Assembly: GCA_038727095.1 (NCBI GenBank) | Contig: JAVYWK010000002.1 | Location: forward strand, 32,001-96,000 | Origin: Thermofilaceae archaeon | GTDB lineage: Archaea > Thermoproteota > Thermoprotei > Thermofilales > Thermofilaceae | Direction: 5' to 3' | Length of the DNA: 64,000 nucleotides | Shown: positions 12,510 to 22,289 of the stretch, in pieces | Layout of the letters: every line of letters starts with the position of its first letter | Position numbering within the stretch: the first letter of the stretch is position 1 | Program-made: the position numbers and the translations under genes | Notes under the pieces: generated by a model | Told to the model about the DNA's origin: nothing | Databases searched by the model: none | Seen by the model: only the letters and a program-made list of their open reading frames with translations

Positions 12510-12962
12510 CTACTTCCTCGGTTTCTTTACACCTATGGTAATACCTGTTCTACCCGTGGTTCTAGTCCGCTGCCCCCTGACCTTAAGCCCCAGCATATGC
12601 CGTATTCCTCTCCAGCACTTTATCTCCTTCATCAAATCTATGTCGCTTTTGACCGTGAGCACGAGATCAGCTCCGATCAAATGCCTGTCAATGCCGAGCC
12701 GTGGATCTTGTCGCCTGTTGTAAAGCCAGGAGAGCAAACCGAGTTTATGCAGCTCTCTCACAGCTTCATCAACCTTGCTTATCTCCTCTTCTGTAAGGGA
12801 GCCGAGCTTCCTCCTCGTGTCAATTCCAAGCTTGCGGCACAGCGCATACGCGGTGTTTACGCCGATGCCCTTTATCAAGGATAAAGCGTAAACTATGTTC
12901 TTGTCCCCTGGAAGATCCTTGTCCGCTATGCGGACTATGTACTTGAACTCCTGCTCAGCCAT
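12510..12962 (-). CDS. rps13: 30S ribosomal protein S13
   Basis: IKGIG, WRGIRHMLGLKVRGQRTRTTGR. Confidence 0.97.
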   Translation of the reverse strand: MAEQEFKYIVRIADKDLPGDKNIVYALSLIKGIGVNTAYALCRKLGIDTRRKLGSLTEEEISKVDEAVRELHKLGLLSWLYNRRQDPRLGIDRHLIGADLVLTVKSDIDLMKEIKCWRGIRHMLGLKVRGQRTRTTGRTGITIGVKKPRK

Positions 12963-13024
12963 ACAATCGTCAAGCCCATTTACTCGTGCTTTTAACTCTT
13001 CTGCTAGAACCCTACCGTCTGGAG

Positions 13025-13127
13025 TGGCGCCGGGGCCGGGATTCGAACCCGGGAGCCCCTAAAGGGGCAGTGGCTACCTAGAGCAGGTACTCCAGGCCAC
13101 CGCCTTGGTCCACTCGGCCACCCCGGC
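13025..13127 (-). tRNA. tRNA-Ser(GGA) with a 14-nt intron (13076-13089) at position 37/38; CCA encoded
   Basis: GCCGGGG acceptor stem, GTGGC/GCCAC anticodon stem, long variable arm GCCCCTTTAGGGGC, GGTTCGAATCC; CTGG pairs with intron CTAG. Confidence 0.93.
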
Positions 13128-13249
13128 TACAGGGGCATTGCTCAGCTCTCTATTAAACTTGCTTCTTTCATATGCCTGTACCAATGCTTCACGAAAGTGC
13201 AGAGGCCTCCAAGAGATAACCGCCGCGTCGGTTAATGCTTAATAATTGG

Positions 13250-14248
13250 TTATGTCTGCTTACTGCTACCCCACATCCTGGGGTAGGTTCCAGGCTTCAT
13301 AATGACAGTTTCGGGCTTAACCGCTTCTCCCTTCTTCGCAGCAACCATTTGCTCGCTCCTCATTAGGGCTCTACCTATCGCGACCAACTCGTCCTTTTTC
13401 GTAAAGATGGCCACAACATCCCCAACTTTGATCCCCGCATCAACGAGTAATATTCCGGGCACCGCTAGAGGAGCTCCGTGAGCGATTGCATCGACCGCGC
13501 TGTCGCGAACAACTATACGAGGTAAGTGCTCGACAACTCGCTCGACGGGAATCACCGCTCGCCTAATGTAGTCTTCATTGCCATCCTCTCGCCAGGCTGC
13601 GAAGGCATCAGCAACGTCGTGCAACGTGACGCTCTCCTCTTCCCTCAGGCTGCCGCTCCTTATCCTCCTGAGCTCCTGCATGTGGGCTCCTACTCCTAGC
13701 AAGATGCCAACGTCGTGGCAGAACTTTCTGATGTACGTGCCTGCCTCGCACCACATCCAGAACAGTACGTCCCTACCCGCAACTTCTAGGACTTTTACGT
13801 CATAGATACGTCTAACCCTTAACGCCCTCTTGACCGCCGACCTGAGCGGAGGCCTCTGATAGACAGGTCCCTTAAACATGCTAACAACACGCTTTACCTC
13901 ATCTTCGTCAGCATCGCCATGCAACCTCATAACGCCAACGTACTCCTTGTCTTCAGCCAGGAGGAAGGGTACAACCTTTATCGACCTGTTGAGCAGTATG
14001 GGTAAAACACCTGTCACTTTGGGATCAAGGGTGCCTGCATGCGCGATCTTCTCGATGCCGGTGATCCTCCTTAGCCAAGCGACGATTTCGTGGCTGGAGG
14101 GCCCGGGTGGCTTATCGAGATTTACAGCTCCAAACTCTAGCAGCTCTTCTACGCTGCGCTCCTCGGGACGCTTACCGTAACTCGAAATCGGCTCCTCATC
14201 TCTTATGAGAACTTCCTTAGACCCTTTTTTTGGCGCAGCTTCAATCAT
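13250..14248 (-). CDS. cbf5: H/ACA RNA-guided pseudouridine synthase Cbf5
   Basis: [33 protein letters not shown]-terminal PUA domain. Confidence 0.96.
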   Translation of the reverse strand: MIEAAPKKGSKEVLIRDEEPISSYGKRPEERSVEELLEFGAVNLDKPPGPSSHEIVAWLRRITGIEKIAHAGTLDPKVTGVLPILLNRSIKVVPFLLAEDKEYVGVMRLHGDADEDEVKRVVSMFKGPVYQRPPLRSAVKRALRVRRIYDVKVLEVAGRDVLFWMWCEAGTYIRKFCHDVGILLGVGAHMQELRRIRSGSLREEESVTLHDVADAFAAWREDGNEDYIRRAVIPVERVVEHLPRIVVRDSAVDAIAHGAPLAVPGILLVDAGIKVGDVVAIFTKKDELVAIGRALMRSEQMVAAKKGEAVKPETVIMKPGTYPRMWGSSKQT

Positions 14249-14532
14249 GCCTTAATTAGCGGCTTTAGCGGCGCTCTCATTTCGTTAACCAGCCCGGCTT
14301 TCTCAATAGCCTGAAGAACAGCCTCGTCACCGGCACCCTTAGGTACATCGATCTTGTACGGTAACGGCTCCAAGTGTTTTATGTTAACCCTCCTTCTCTT
14401 CACTCCGGTGAGTGTTTTAGGACCTGTTACCAAGACGAAATTATCGTCGATTATTTCTACTATGACGCACTTTCGACCAGCTTCTCTGCCGGCAATCTTC
14501 ACGCACACTCTGCCAACGTCGAAGATCCTCAT
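14245..14532 (-). CDS. rpl14e: 50S ribosomal protein L14e
   Basis: [25 protein letters not shown]; start placed at ATG 14532 with a TATA box about 27 nt upstream. Confidence 0.95.
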   Translation of the reverse strand: MRIFDVGRVCVKIAGREAGRKCVIVEIIDDNFVLVTGPKTLTGVKRRRVNIKHLEPLPYKIDVPKGAGDEAVLQAIEKAGLVNEMRAPLKPLIKA

Positions 14533-14803
14533 AGCGGTATGGGCTCCACCGCTACTGCTTAAAAATATGCTTTCACTAAAACCTCGATACGGATTCCTAC
14601 TCGCTACTCCCCCGTACATTGTAGGGATAGCTACGGTTCATCAGTTACCGCTTTAGCGTTTGGTAGAACCGGATGGACGTACTAACAGGGGGTAGTACGC
14701 TTAACCTACCAGTTGAAACGCAGTAGCATACAGGGAGTGTAACGCCTGATAGTTGGTAGACATGTTCTTAAGCTCTAATTACCATTTTACCGGGAGGCCA
14801 GGC

Positions 14804-15478
14804 GTGAAGGAGCGTCGTCGAATGCTCGCTGAGTTGCTGAAGCTTCAAGGTGTGATGAGAAGTGAGAAAGTGATGCAAGCCTTCCTGAAAGTACCCAGAG
14901 AGGAGTTCGTTCTTCCCGAATACAGGGATGAGGCTTACGAAGACCACCCCCTGCCGATCCTGAAGGGGCAGACAATATCCGCACCTCACATGTGCGCTAT
15001 AATGTGCGAAGCAGCAGAAATCGAAAGGGGGGACACAGTGCTTGAGATAGGCACTGGGAGCGGGTATCAAGCCGCTTTGTGCACTGAGATCGTCTCGCCT
15101 ACCGGTGAGCCGGTAGACGGACTCGTTCTCACAGTGGAGGTGATAGCGGAGCTAGCCCGTTTCGCTCGTGACAACTTGAAGCGGGCAAACTACTACGACC
15201 GCGTGCACCTCGTTGTAGCAGACGGCAGCTGCGGTTCACCCGTGAGAGGGGATTTTCGGTTCAAGAGGATCCTTGTCACAGCCGCAGCTCCCAGCATTCC
15301 GCCACCCTTGCTAGAACAGCTGGATGAAAACGGCTCATTGGTCATCCCTGTAGGACCGCGATGGCACCAGCTTCTAGTAGCTGTAAGAAAAATGAGGGGG
15401 GAGTTTATCAGAGAGCCTGTCACTTACTGCATATTTGTTGCGCTGAGAGGGAAGTACGGTTACGATGATCGCAGTTGA
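14804..15478 (+). CDS. pcm: Protein-L-isoaspartate O-methyltransferase
   Basis: VPREEFV, GQTISAPHM, VLEIGTGSGYQAA, ILVTAAAP; likely GTG start at 14804 after GGAGG. Confidence 0.94.
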   Translation: MKERRRMLAELLKLQGVMRSEKVMQAFLKVPREEFVLPEYRDEAYEDHPLPILKGQTISAPHMCAIMCEAAEIERGDTVLEIGTGSGYQAALCTEIVSPTGEPVDGLVLTVEVIAELARFARDNLKRANYYDRVHLVVADGSCGSPVRGDFRFKRILVTAAAPSIPPPLLEQLDENGSLVIPVGPRWHQLLVAVRKMRGEFIREPVTYCIFVALRGKYGYDDRS

Positions 15479-15944
15479 ATGCATCAGAGCTCGGGGTCAC
15501 CCCCTCGTACAAGCTACTCACAGGTCTACACTTGAAATCACATGTGATCCGGAGCTGACGAAAGGGGGTGACTGTATAATCGCGGTTAACGCCGACAAGG
15601 GAGCCAAGCACCTATCCCCCCTTTTTAAAAGGTTGGCAGCTGACGATGCAACACGCATCGTAATTGTCTTGGTTTGCAACGGGCTTGTCGAAGTCATTAG
15701 AGCGTGGGGGCACTCTGGCTTAACGTTTGAAAGCCCAAACTCGCTGGTGGTCAGGCGCAGTTCGTTCATTGACGGACGTACAGTAGCTGTGAAAAGCGAT
15801 AAAGCGGCCATCAACATGGATCGGCGCATGATAGCTCTGCTCCAGCGCTCAGCTGAGCTCAAGGCGTACCTTTTCGCGTGCAGCAAGGATGAAAATACGG
15901 TAGAGTCTAAGATCCTGGAACTATTTAAAAGCGCGCACGCGTGA
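15465..15944 (+). CDS. DUF371 family protein
   Basis: ARGHPLVQATHRSTLEIT, GDCIIAVNADK, VRRSSFID. Confidence 0.88.
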   Translation: MIAVECIRARGHPLVQATHRSTLEITCDPELTKGGDCIIAVNADKGAKHLSPLFKRLAADDATRIVIVLVCNGLVEVIRAWGHSGLTFESPNSLVVRRSSFIDGRTVAVKSDKAAINMDRRMIALLQRSAELKAYLFACSKDENTVESKILELFKSAHA

Positions 15945-16513
15945 ATCCTTCCATGCGTAAGGTGAACGTGCTCGTTACCGGTCGCCCTGGTATAGGTAAA
16001 ACCACGCTCGTAATGAGGGTTGTCGAAGAAATAAGGAACCACGGTTTTAAGGTGGGAGGTTTTATCTCACGCGAGGAAAGGGCCGGTGGAAGCCGCATAG
16101 GGTTTATACTGATCGATTTGGCGACGGGAGAGCAGGCGTACCTGGCGCGCGTGGGTACAGGGGCTCCCCGCATCGGCAAGTATGTTGTTTTGGTCGATAA
16201 CCTCGAGCGGCTTGGCGTTAAGGCTGTCATCGAGGCCATTGGTTCGGCCGATCTAGTCGTCATCGATGAAATAGGCCCGATGGAGCTGCTCTCGCAAGCT
16301 TTTAAGAGAGCTGTGGTGCAAGCCCTCGATTCTCCAAAGCCGGTTCTGGCTACAGTACACTATAGGGCGAGAGATGATCCCTTCGGTAGAGCGCTACTGT
16401 CGCGGGATGATTACCATATGTTTACGGTGACCGAGAACAATCGCGAGAGCCTTTACCTCCAAGTGGCTAAGCTAATAAATGCCTCTTTGAGGAACGGGCT
16501 TCATTCGTTTTAA
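15941..16513 (+). CDS. THEP1-type nucleoside triphosphatase
   Basis: VTGRPGIGKTT, GKYVV, VVIDEIGPMEL. Confidence 0.92.
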   Translation: MNPSMRKVNVLVTGRPGIGKTTLVMRVVEEIRNHGFKVGGFISREERAGGSRIGFILIDLATGEQAYLARVGTGAPRIGKYVVLVDNLERLGVKAVIEAIGSADLVVIDEIGPMELLSQAFKRAVVQALDSPKPVLATVHYRARDDPFGRALLSRDDYHMFTVTENNRESLYLQVAKLINASLRNGLHSF

Positions 16514-16688
16514 CCTGTCTCAGACGATCTAGGATGACAAACTAGCTTAGGAAGCTGAAAACGTTTAAACTCTGCTAAAACGTGCCACGGATTTAAGTCC
16601 CGCCCCCAGGCTAAGCGGCAATTCATACTGAAGTGCTCTTCGCGCGCTGAAGAACAGCCCTTAAATCTCGAAAGTGCATTAAGCGCCT

Positions 16689-18167
16689 GTGCGGCCTATC
16701 TTCGATAAGATCCTGGTAGCAAATAGGGGGGAGATCGCAGTGAGAATTATTAGAACTGCGAAAACTCTTGGGATCAAGACAGTAGCTGTTTATTCCGACG
16801 CTGATAAGAATGCCCTTCACACGCTTATCGCAGATGAGGCTGTATGGGTGGGGGGAGCCGATCCCCCTGAGAGCTACCTCAACATCGAGGCTATAATCAA
16901 CGCTGCTAAAAGCACGGGGGCAGAGGCCGTCCACCCGGGCTACGGTTTTCTCTCCCAACACACCGATTTCGTTGGAAGGCTGGAAGAAGAAGGTATTACT
17001 TTCATAGGGCCTCCCGCCAGAGTACAGAAGCTCGTTGGTGACAAACTGGGGGCTAGGAGATTCTTCCAGTCAGCGGGGATCCCCGTCGTTCCTGGAACTT
17101 TCGAGCCGGTCGATCTACGTGATGCACCCAGTATTGCGGAGGAAATGGGCTTTCCGGTAATCGTGAAACCGGCTGGAGGGGGAGGGGGGATTGGAATGCG
17201 CGTAGTATGGAATGAGCATGAGTTGAACATGGCTATGCGGGATGCCAGCGAGCTAGCAGGTAAAGCGTTCGGCCGCGTTGAGGTATACCTAGAGAAGTAC
17301 CTGCCTAAAGCAAGGCATATTGAGGTACAAATAATAGGCGATGGACTAGGAGGCGTTTACCACCTTTTCGAGCGAGAATGCTCGGTTCAGAGGAGGTTTC
17401 AAAAAGTTGTTGAGGAAGCTCCCTCCCCCGCTTTAACGTGGGAATTAAGGCAGCAATTGCTTTCCACGGCGATTAAAGCCGCAAAAGCGTGCGAGTACGT
17501 CAACGCCGGCACCTTCGAATTCCTCTTCGACCCCGAGAGCAAACACTTCTACCTGCTAGAGGTTAACTCGAGGATTCAGGTTGAACATCCGGTAACGGAG
17601 ATGATCACAGGCATCGATATCGTTAGGGAGCAGATATTGGTGGCGGGGGGCGAGGGTGTAAGCTTCAAACAGGAGGACATTGCCATTCGGGGGCACTCAA
17701 TTGAGGCGCGAGTTTACGCTGAGGACCCCTTGAATAACTTCGCTCCCTCACCCGGGCGGTTAACCAATTATAGAGAGCCCTCTGGGCCGTGTATAAGAGT
17801 GGATAGCGGGTACTACCTTGGATGCGAGGTCCCACCGTTTTACGACCCCCTACTGATGAAAATAGTTAGCTGGGGTACCAGTAGGGAAGAGGCTAGGAGA
17901 AGGCTGATAGTAGCAATTGAGGAAACGATTATTAGGGGGGTTGCTACGAACTTAAGCTTACTCCACCTGATACTAAACGACGAGGCGTTCGTAAAAGGGG
18001 ACTACAACACCAGGTTTTTCGAAGAGAGGAAGATCTCAAAAAATCTTGAAAACTACGTCATGAGGGGGGCGCGTTTCCCCGAGCCTGAGGAGCCTGTTGA
18101 AGCTCGCGTGCCTCAGGCTAAAGTTGAGGTGGACGCGTGGAAGCTCGCATCGCGTATAGGAGAATGA
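16689..18167 (+). CDS. accC: Biotin carboxylase subunit (acetyl/propionyl-CoA or pyruvate carboxylase type)
   Basis: KILVANRGEIAVR, HPGYGFLS, GGGGIGMR, ERECSVQRR, EVNSRIQVEHPVTE, RVDSG. Confidence 0.92.
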   Translation: MRPIFDKILVANRGEIAVRIIRTAKTLGIKTVAVYSDADKNALHTLIADEAVWVGGADPPESYLNIEAIINAAKSTGAEAVHPGYGFLSQHTDFVGRLEEEGITFIGPPARVQKLVGDKLGARRFFQSAGIPVVPGTFEPVDLRDAPSIAEEMGFPVIVKPAGGGGGIGMRVVWNEHELNMAMRDASELAGKAFGRVEVYLEKYLPKARHIEVQIIGDGLGGVYHLFERECSVQRRFQKVVEEAPSPALTWELRQQLLSTAIKAAKACEYVNAGTFEFLFDPESKHFYLLEVNSRIQVEHPVTEMITGIDIVREQILVAGGEGVSFKQEDIAIRGHSIEARVYAEDPLNNFAPSPGRLTNYREPSGPCIRVDSGYYLGCEVPPFYDPLLMKIVSWGTSREEARRRLIVAIEETIIRGVATNLSLLHLILNDEAFVKGDYNTRFFEERKISKNLENYVMRGARFPEPEEPVEARVPQAKVEVDAWKLASRIGE

Positions 18168-18751
18168 CTCACCTATTCGATAAGGGGAGAACGCGTGCTC
18201 TACGTAGCCTTCTACGCTCGATCGAACTAGGGTTGGTCGATCCAGATGCCATCCCACTTCTGTCCTTGTTAAACAGCCTGGCTGATTACTACACTACGAG
18301 TAGCTGTAGTGGTCGAATACAGCTAGCGGCTACACGCTTGCCTGGCGAGAAATTCCGTATGTTGGTGATCGCCAAGTGGCATGAACCCGTGTCACCAAGC
18401 GCGCTGGTAGAAGTTCTCAAAGCTTGCCGTTACGAGGACTTGTGGCTCTCCGTGCAGGGGCCAATACTTCACGTCGCGTGCAGAGGCCTCGATGCCGCCC
18501 GACTTTTAATCGCAGCTGCTCGTGCAGCCGGTTTGAAGCACAGCGGAATCATGTCGATAGAGGGCAGCGTAATGGTTGAGCTAATAGCGTCCGACAGAAT
18601 CGAGGCCCCGCTGAGATTGGGGGGCAAGCCGGTTCTGAGGGATGAAGCTCTGATAGACTTCGTTGAGCGTGCCAATGAGGTATTGTTGAGAGCTAAGGGA
18701 AAGCTGTCCCGATTGAAGGAAGCGCTCGAACCTCTACGAAGAAATAAATAA
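18164..18751 (+). CDS. taw3: tRNA wyosine methyltransferase Taw3/TYW3
   Basis: YYTTSSCSGRI, KWH, ILHVACR, GLKHSGI. Confidence 0.92.
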   Translation: MTHLFDKGRTRALRSLLRSIELGLVDPDAIPLLSLLNSLADYYTTSSCSGRIQLAATRLPGEKFRMLVIAKWHEPVSPSALVEVLKACRYEDLWLSVQGPILHVACRGLDAARLLIAAARAAGLKHSGIMSIEGSVMVELIASDRIEAPLRLGGKPVLRDEALIDFVERANEVLLRAKGKLSRLKEALEPLRRNK

Positions 18752-18775
18752 AAAGCGGATCTCAGGTTACCCATC

Positions 18776-18979
18776 GTGATAATTCCCATCCGATGCTTCA
18801 CTTGCGGAGCGCTGATAGCCGACAAGTGGAATAAATTCGCTGAAAGAGTGGCAAGGGGGGATGATCCTGCGAAGGTTCTTGACGAGTTAGGGGTAAAGCG
18901 CTACTGTTGCAGGAGGATGTTTCTCTCACACGTGGATCTAATAGACACTGTACTCAAGTACGAACAGTACTCTCCCTAG
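18776..18979 (+). CDS. rpoN: RNA polymerase subunit N (Rpo10)
   Basis: [11 protein letters not shown]...KRYCCRRM. Confidence 0.98.
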   Translation: MIIPIRCFTCGALIADKWNKFAERVARGDDPAKVLDELGVKRYCCRRMFLSHVDLIDTVLKYEQYSP

Positions 18980-18980
18980 C

Positions 18981-19385
18981 TTAACGGTAGCTCTTCTGGC
19001 GCTTAGCTCTCGCCGATCTACCGCCGGGCTTTTTGGGCTCAGCTTGCCTGGGATCCTCAACGAGCAGGTGCCTATCGTACTTGCGGTACAGCTCCCTGAG
19101 GGCATCAGACCCCGCCCACTCCATGAGTGCTCTAGCGATAGCTGTGCGGATTGCCGAAGCCTGCCCCATTATACCTCCGCCATAAGCTTCGGCGTACACG
19201 TCAACCTTGCTCACTAAGTCCTCCCCCGCCAGATACAGTGGCTCACTTATCTTTAGTCGAACGAGCTCTGGTTCGAGGACTTCTAGTGGAACTCCATTGA
19301 CGAAGACGCGGCCCTTACCTTCCTTCACAACTACTCGCGCTCGAGCCGTCTTCCTCCTAGCGGAAGCGATTACTATCCTCACCAT
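18981..19385 (-). CDS. rps9: 30S ribosomal protein S9
   Basis: RKTARA, GGGIMGQA, ARAKRQKSYR. Confidence 0.97.
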   Translation of the reverse strand: MVRIVIASARRKTARARVVVKEGKGRVFVNGVPLEVLEPELVRLKISEPLYLAGEDLVSKVDVYAEAYGGGIMGQASAIRTAIARALMEWAGSDALRELYRKYDRHLLVEDPRQAEPKKPGGRSARAKRQKSYR

Positions 19386-19834
19386 ACCTCACACCCTATT
19401 AACGTGGAGAGCTCGCCCAATGTCACGTACTCCGTCTCAGGGTTCTTCAGCTCTGCCTCCTCTGGAACCCACTTTTCAAGGCTCTCGTACTCTGATGGTA
19501 CCCCTAGGTAAACCTTCAGGCGCTTGAGAGCTTCTCGCCCTCTAGGCTTCTTGTAGGGGAGCATGTTTCGCACCATGCGTCGAAGCATGGCGTCGGGTCG
19601 TCGTGGGATCTTAGGACCCTTCCTCTCGGGGTTGTAGTGAGTCCTCCACTCGCTAATCCTCTTCATGTACCATTCAACCACTCTCTTCCTCTTCCCCGTC
19701 ACGATGGCCTTTTCTGCATTCACTATGACTACGGCATGACCCTTTAGCAGCAGTTTAGCCGTAATACTGGCAAGTCTTCCTGCGACTAGCCCGGACGCAT
19801 CAATTACTATTCTCGAACGCTTTTCAAGCTCCAT
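19379..19834 (-). CDS. rpl13: 50S ribosomal protein L13
   Basis: IDASGLVAGRLAS, VRNMLPYKKPRG. Confidence 0.97.
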   Translation of the reverse strand: MELEKRSRIVIDASGLVAGRLASITAKLLLKGHAVVIVNAEKAIVTGKRKRVVEWYMKRISEWRTHYNPERKGPKIPRRPDAMLRRMVRNMLPYKKPRGREALKRLKVYLGVPSEYESLEKWVPEEAELKNPETEYVTLGELSTLIGCEVW

Positions 19835-19872
19835 CTTGTAACCCTCGCACCCTGCTGATCAAGGTTTTTAAA

Positions 19873-20235
19873 TCATACTAGAATGCGTACTCCACTACCC
19901 CGTGGGTTGCGCTCAATGAGCTGGGGGATTGTTATTACTTCACCACCTGCAGCCACTATCTTCTCACGAGCTTTTTCACTAGAGGTGTAAGCCGCAACTA
20001 CAACGCGATGGTTCAGCGTACCGCAACCAAGAACTTTACCAGGAATAACAACAGTGTCACCATCCCTTGTGTAGCGGTTTATCTTACTGATGTTGACGGC
20101 TGGTCGGGTCCGCGCTGGTCTCTCCAGTAGCTCAGCGACCCTCCGCCATACGGGTGCCTTGTTCTCTCGAGCCTTCTTCCTCAGATGGTGTATCAACCTT
20201 CTGAGATGCACGTTAGTTGAAACCGTTCTCTTCAT
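19873..20235 (-). CDS. rpl18e: 50S ribosomal protein L18e
   Basis: VNISKINRY, VIPGKVLG, NPRGSGVRIL. Confidence 0.97.
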   Translation of the reverse strand: MKRTVSTNVHLRRLIHHLRKKARENKAPVWRRVAELLERPARTRPAVNISKINRYTRDGDTVVIPGKVLGCGTLNHRVVVAAYTSSEKAREKIVAAGGEVITIPQLIERNPRGSGVRILV

Positions 20236-20498
20236 TGCACACCCCCGTTTCGCACCACCTCCATTACACTTCTTTTAAGCCTGCTGCTCGATTAGATGTG
20301 CCTCGAGTATCTAGGCCTGCAAAGATCGCGTAGGAGATAGATGTTCATCCCTGCGATAAACGCTTGCTGCATATTGGCAAACTTTGAAATTTAACAATGC
20401 TAAGAATTCTTATCTAATATCGAAGATACTGAGTTGTACTTTTATGCAGCACAGTTTTACTCAAACTCTATGTAAGATCTACGAATTTCTAATATTTT

Positions 20499-21356
20499 TT
20501 ATATTTCAGAAATGAGAAGTTTTTGTATTTCATTTATAAAATTATCTATTTTCCAGACAATCCTTCTCATTGCTACATCTATAATTTTAGAAATAGGAAG
20601 AATACCATAGTTTTCTACTTTAAATATAAACTTCGTGTTGTCCCACGAAACCCTTATCACTTCGGGGCAAGCTTCTTCGCAAGCTCTACACATCGTACAT
20701 TCCTCGATCTTACTATCGATAGCCTTGATTTTTCCGTTGTCTATACTTAAGATGCCTTTAGGACAAGCTTCCGCGCATTTTTTGCAGTTCGCTCCACATT
20801 CTTCTTCCAGTATAGTCAATCTCGGGTAGTACTTGTAGGCTGCTGTTACAGCCTGCCATTTAGCATGCTCGTTCCCTGTACCCATCTTCGCGTAAGCTTC
20901 GAGAACAACCTTCTGGCCTGGGGTTAGCTTTACGATTGGTATTAAGTCTGAAACTGGCTTCACTTCTGCACTAACAAAAGATGCCATTTCACCGATGAAC
21001 CCGCCGAACTTCATGTGCCCTGAGTAGACAGTCATCGGTTTTTCAGCTTCGACTTCTAGTACAAAAGAAGCTATACAGTTATCTCTCTTGCCCTCTTCGT
21101 AGCATTGCAATAGAGTCTCGTAAGTATCAATATCTACTTTCAACGGTATTAGCGCTAAACGATGGGCTAGGATTTCATCGAAGAGAACGGAATTATTCTC
21201 AATAATTACTACTTCATCTATGGCTAAGGTAGGTACGTCAGCTATCAACACTCTCCTTAGGGTGTTTGCTATGGCTGGGGTAACGTTCTCGAGTACGAAC
21301 TCGCAGTAGTTCTCCTCGATTTTCTTTGCAGTTATGCGAGGACCCTCACTTGGCAA
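20499..21356 (-). CDS. rpoD: RNA polymerase subunit D (Rpo3) with ferredoxin-like Fe-S domain
   Basis: ANTLRRVLIADVPTLAID, DEILAHRLALIP, EHAKWQ, two Cys clusters ending in CP. Confidence 0.96.
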   Translation of the reverse strand: MPSEGPRITAKKIEENYCEFVLENVTPAIANTLRRVLIADVPTLAIDEVVIIENNSVLFDEILAHRLALIPLKVDIDTYETLLQCYEEGKRDNCIASFVLEVEAEKPMTVYSGHMKFGGFIGEMASFVSAEVKPVSDLIPIVKLTPGQKVVLEAYAKMGTGNEHAKWQAVTAAYKYYPRLTILEEECGANCKKCAEACPKGILSIDNGKIKAIDSKIEECTMCRACEEACPEVIRVSWDNTKFIFKVENYGILPISKIIDVAMRRIVWKIDNFINEIQKLLISEI

Positions 21357-21365
21357 GGTGAACCC

Positions 21366-21809
21366 CTACCGTGTCGGCTTCTGCTTTCTACCCCTTAGGA
21401 GCTCCTTGAGAGCAACCCTGTTAACCTTGATCACTTTGAAACGGACGCCCGGTAGGTCGCCGTAGGCTTTACCTTCCGGCCCCCCTATACGCTCTATCAC
21501 GACCTCGTCGTGCTCGTTTATGAACAGTAGCCCGCCGTCGCCAGGTACAAAGGCTGTCACTACTTTCCCGTTTTTAATAAGCTGAACCCTTACACACTTG
21601 CGCACAGCGCTGTTAGGCTGCCTGCTCTCTACACCGACCTTTTCGAGCACAATACCTCTAGCCATCGGTGCTCCCTCGAGGGGGTCGTACTCTTCTTTAA
21701 GACGTAGTATTCTGCTCTTATACTCTGCATCACTCCACCTATACTTCTTGTGCTTTTTGATCAGCTTTCTAGCCGCATACAGCCCCTTCGGAGACTTTGA
21801 ACCGGGCAT
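21366..21809 (-). CDS. rps12: 30S ribosomal protein S12
   Basis: [28 protein letters not shown]. Confidence 0.98.
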   Translation of the reverse strand: MPGSKSPKGLYAARKLIKKHKKYRWSDAEYKSRILRLKEEYDPLEGAPMARGIVLEKVGVESRQPNSAVRKCVRVQLIKNGKVVTAFVPGDGGLLFINEHDEVVIERIGGPEGKAYGDLPGVRFKVIKVNRVALKELLRGRKQKPTR

Positions 21810-21843
21810 GCTGAGTGCGCACCCCCTTCTAGTTTTTAAGCTT

Positions 21844-22275
21844 TTACTTTAACGCGACATCAACCCCGAAGTATCTTCGTGCGAGCAACTTCGCTTTTTT
21901 AACGTTCTTCCCTCCTTTCCCGATCGCCAACCCTTTCTGCTCTGCTGGAACTTCTACGATAGCCACTTTACCCCCGTTGCTATTCTCCCTCATTTCAATA
22001 GACAGAACCTTAGCTGGAAAGAGGGCAGCCCGTATCAGGTCATCCAGAGTCAGTCCTTGCTCTACCACCTCTACGTCTTTCCCTATTAGTTTCTTCATTA
22101 GCTTGGTATTCGCTCCCCCCACGCCTATCGCTTTACCGGCCATACCGCGCCTGACAATAAAGATTAGGCGATTGTTTTCCTCGTCGTTAATGCAGTCTAG
22201 AACTTCCACCTGCGTGAGCGCCTCAAAGAGGGAGATGTATTGCATCTCTTTTTCAGTCAGCTTAATATTCGCCAT
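21844..22275 (-). CDS. nusA: NusA-like KH-domain transcription factor
   Basis: Two KH motifs ([16 protein letters not shown]); conserved position after rpl30e. Confidence 0.93.
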   Translation of the reverse strand: MANIKLTEKEMQYISLFEALTQVEVLDCINDEENNRLIFIVRRGMAGKAIGVGGANTKLMKKLIGKDVEVVEQGLTLDDLIRAALFPAKVLSIEMRENSNGGKVAIVEVPAEQKGLAIGKGGKNVKKAKLLARRYFGVDVALK

Positions 22276-22289
22276 AGGCTACGCCTCAC

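Noticed and set aside
14590-14645. Minus-strand CTGATGA as a C/D sRNA or hammerhead core
   Set aside because: No correctly spaced D box or GAAA follows
16514-16688. C/D-like boxes (AGGATGA...CTGA; CTGAAGT...CTGA)
   Set aside because: Spacing is wrong and no complete four-box arrangement is present
20292-20372. 26-codon minus-strand ORF between rpoD and rpl18e
   Set aside because: No recognisable motif or ribosome-binding signal
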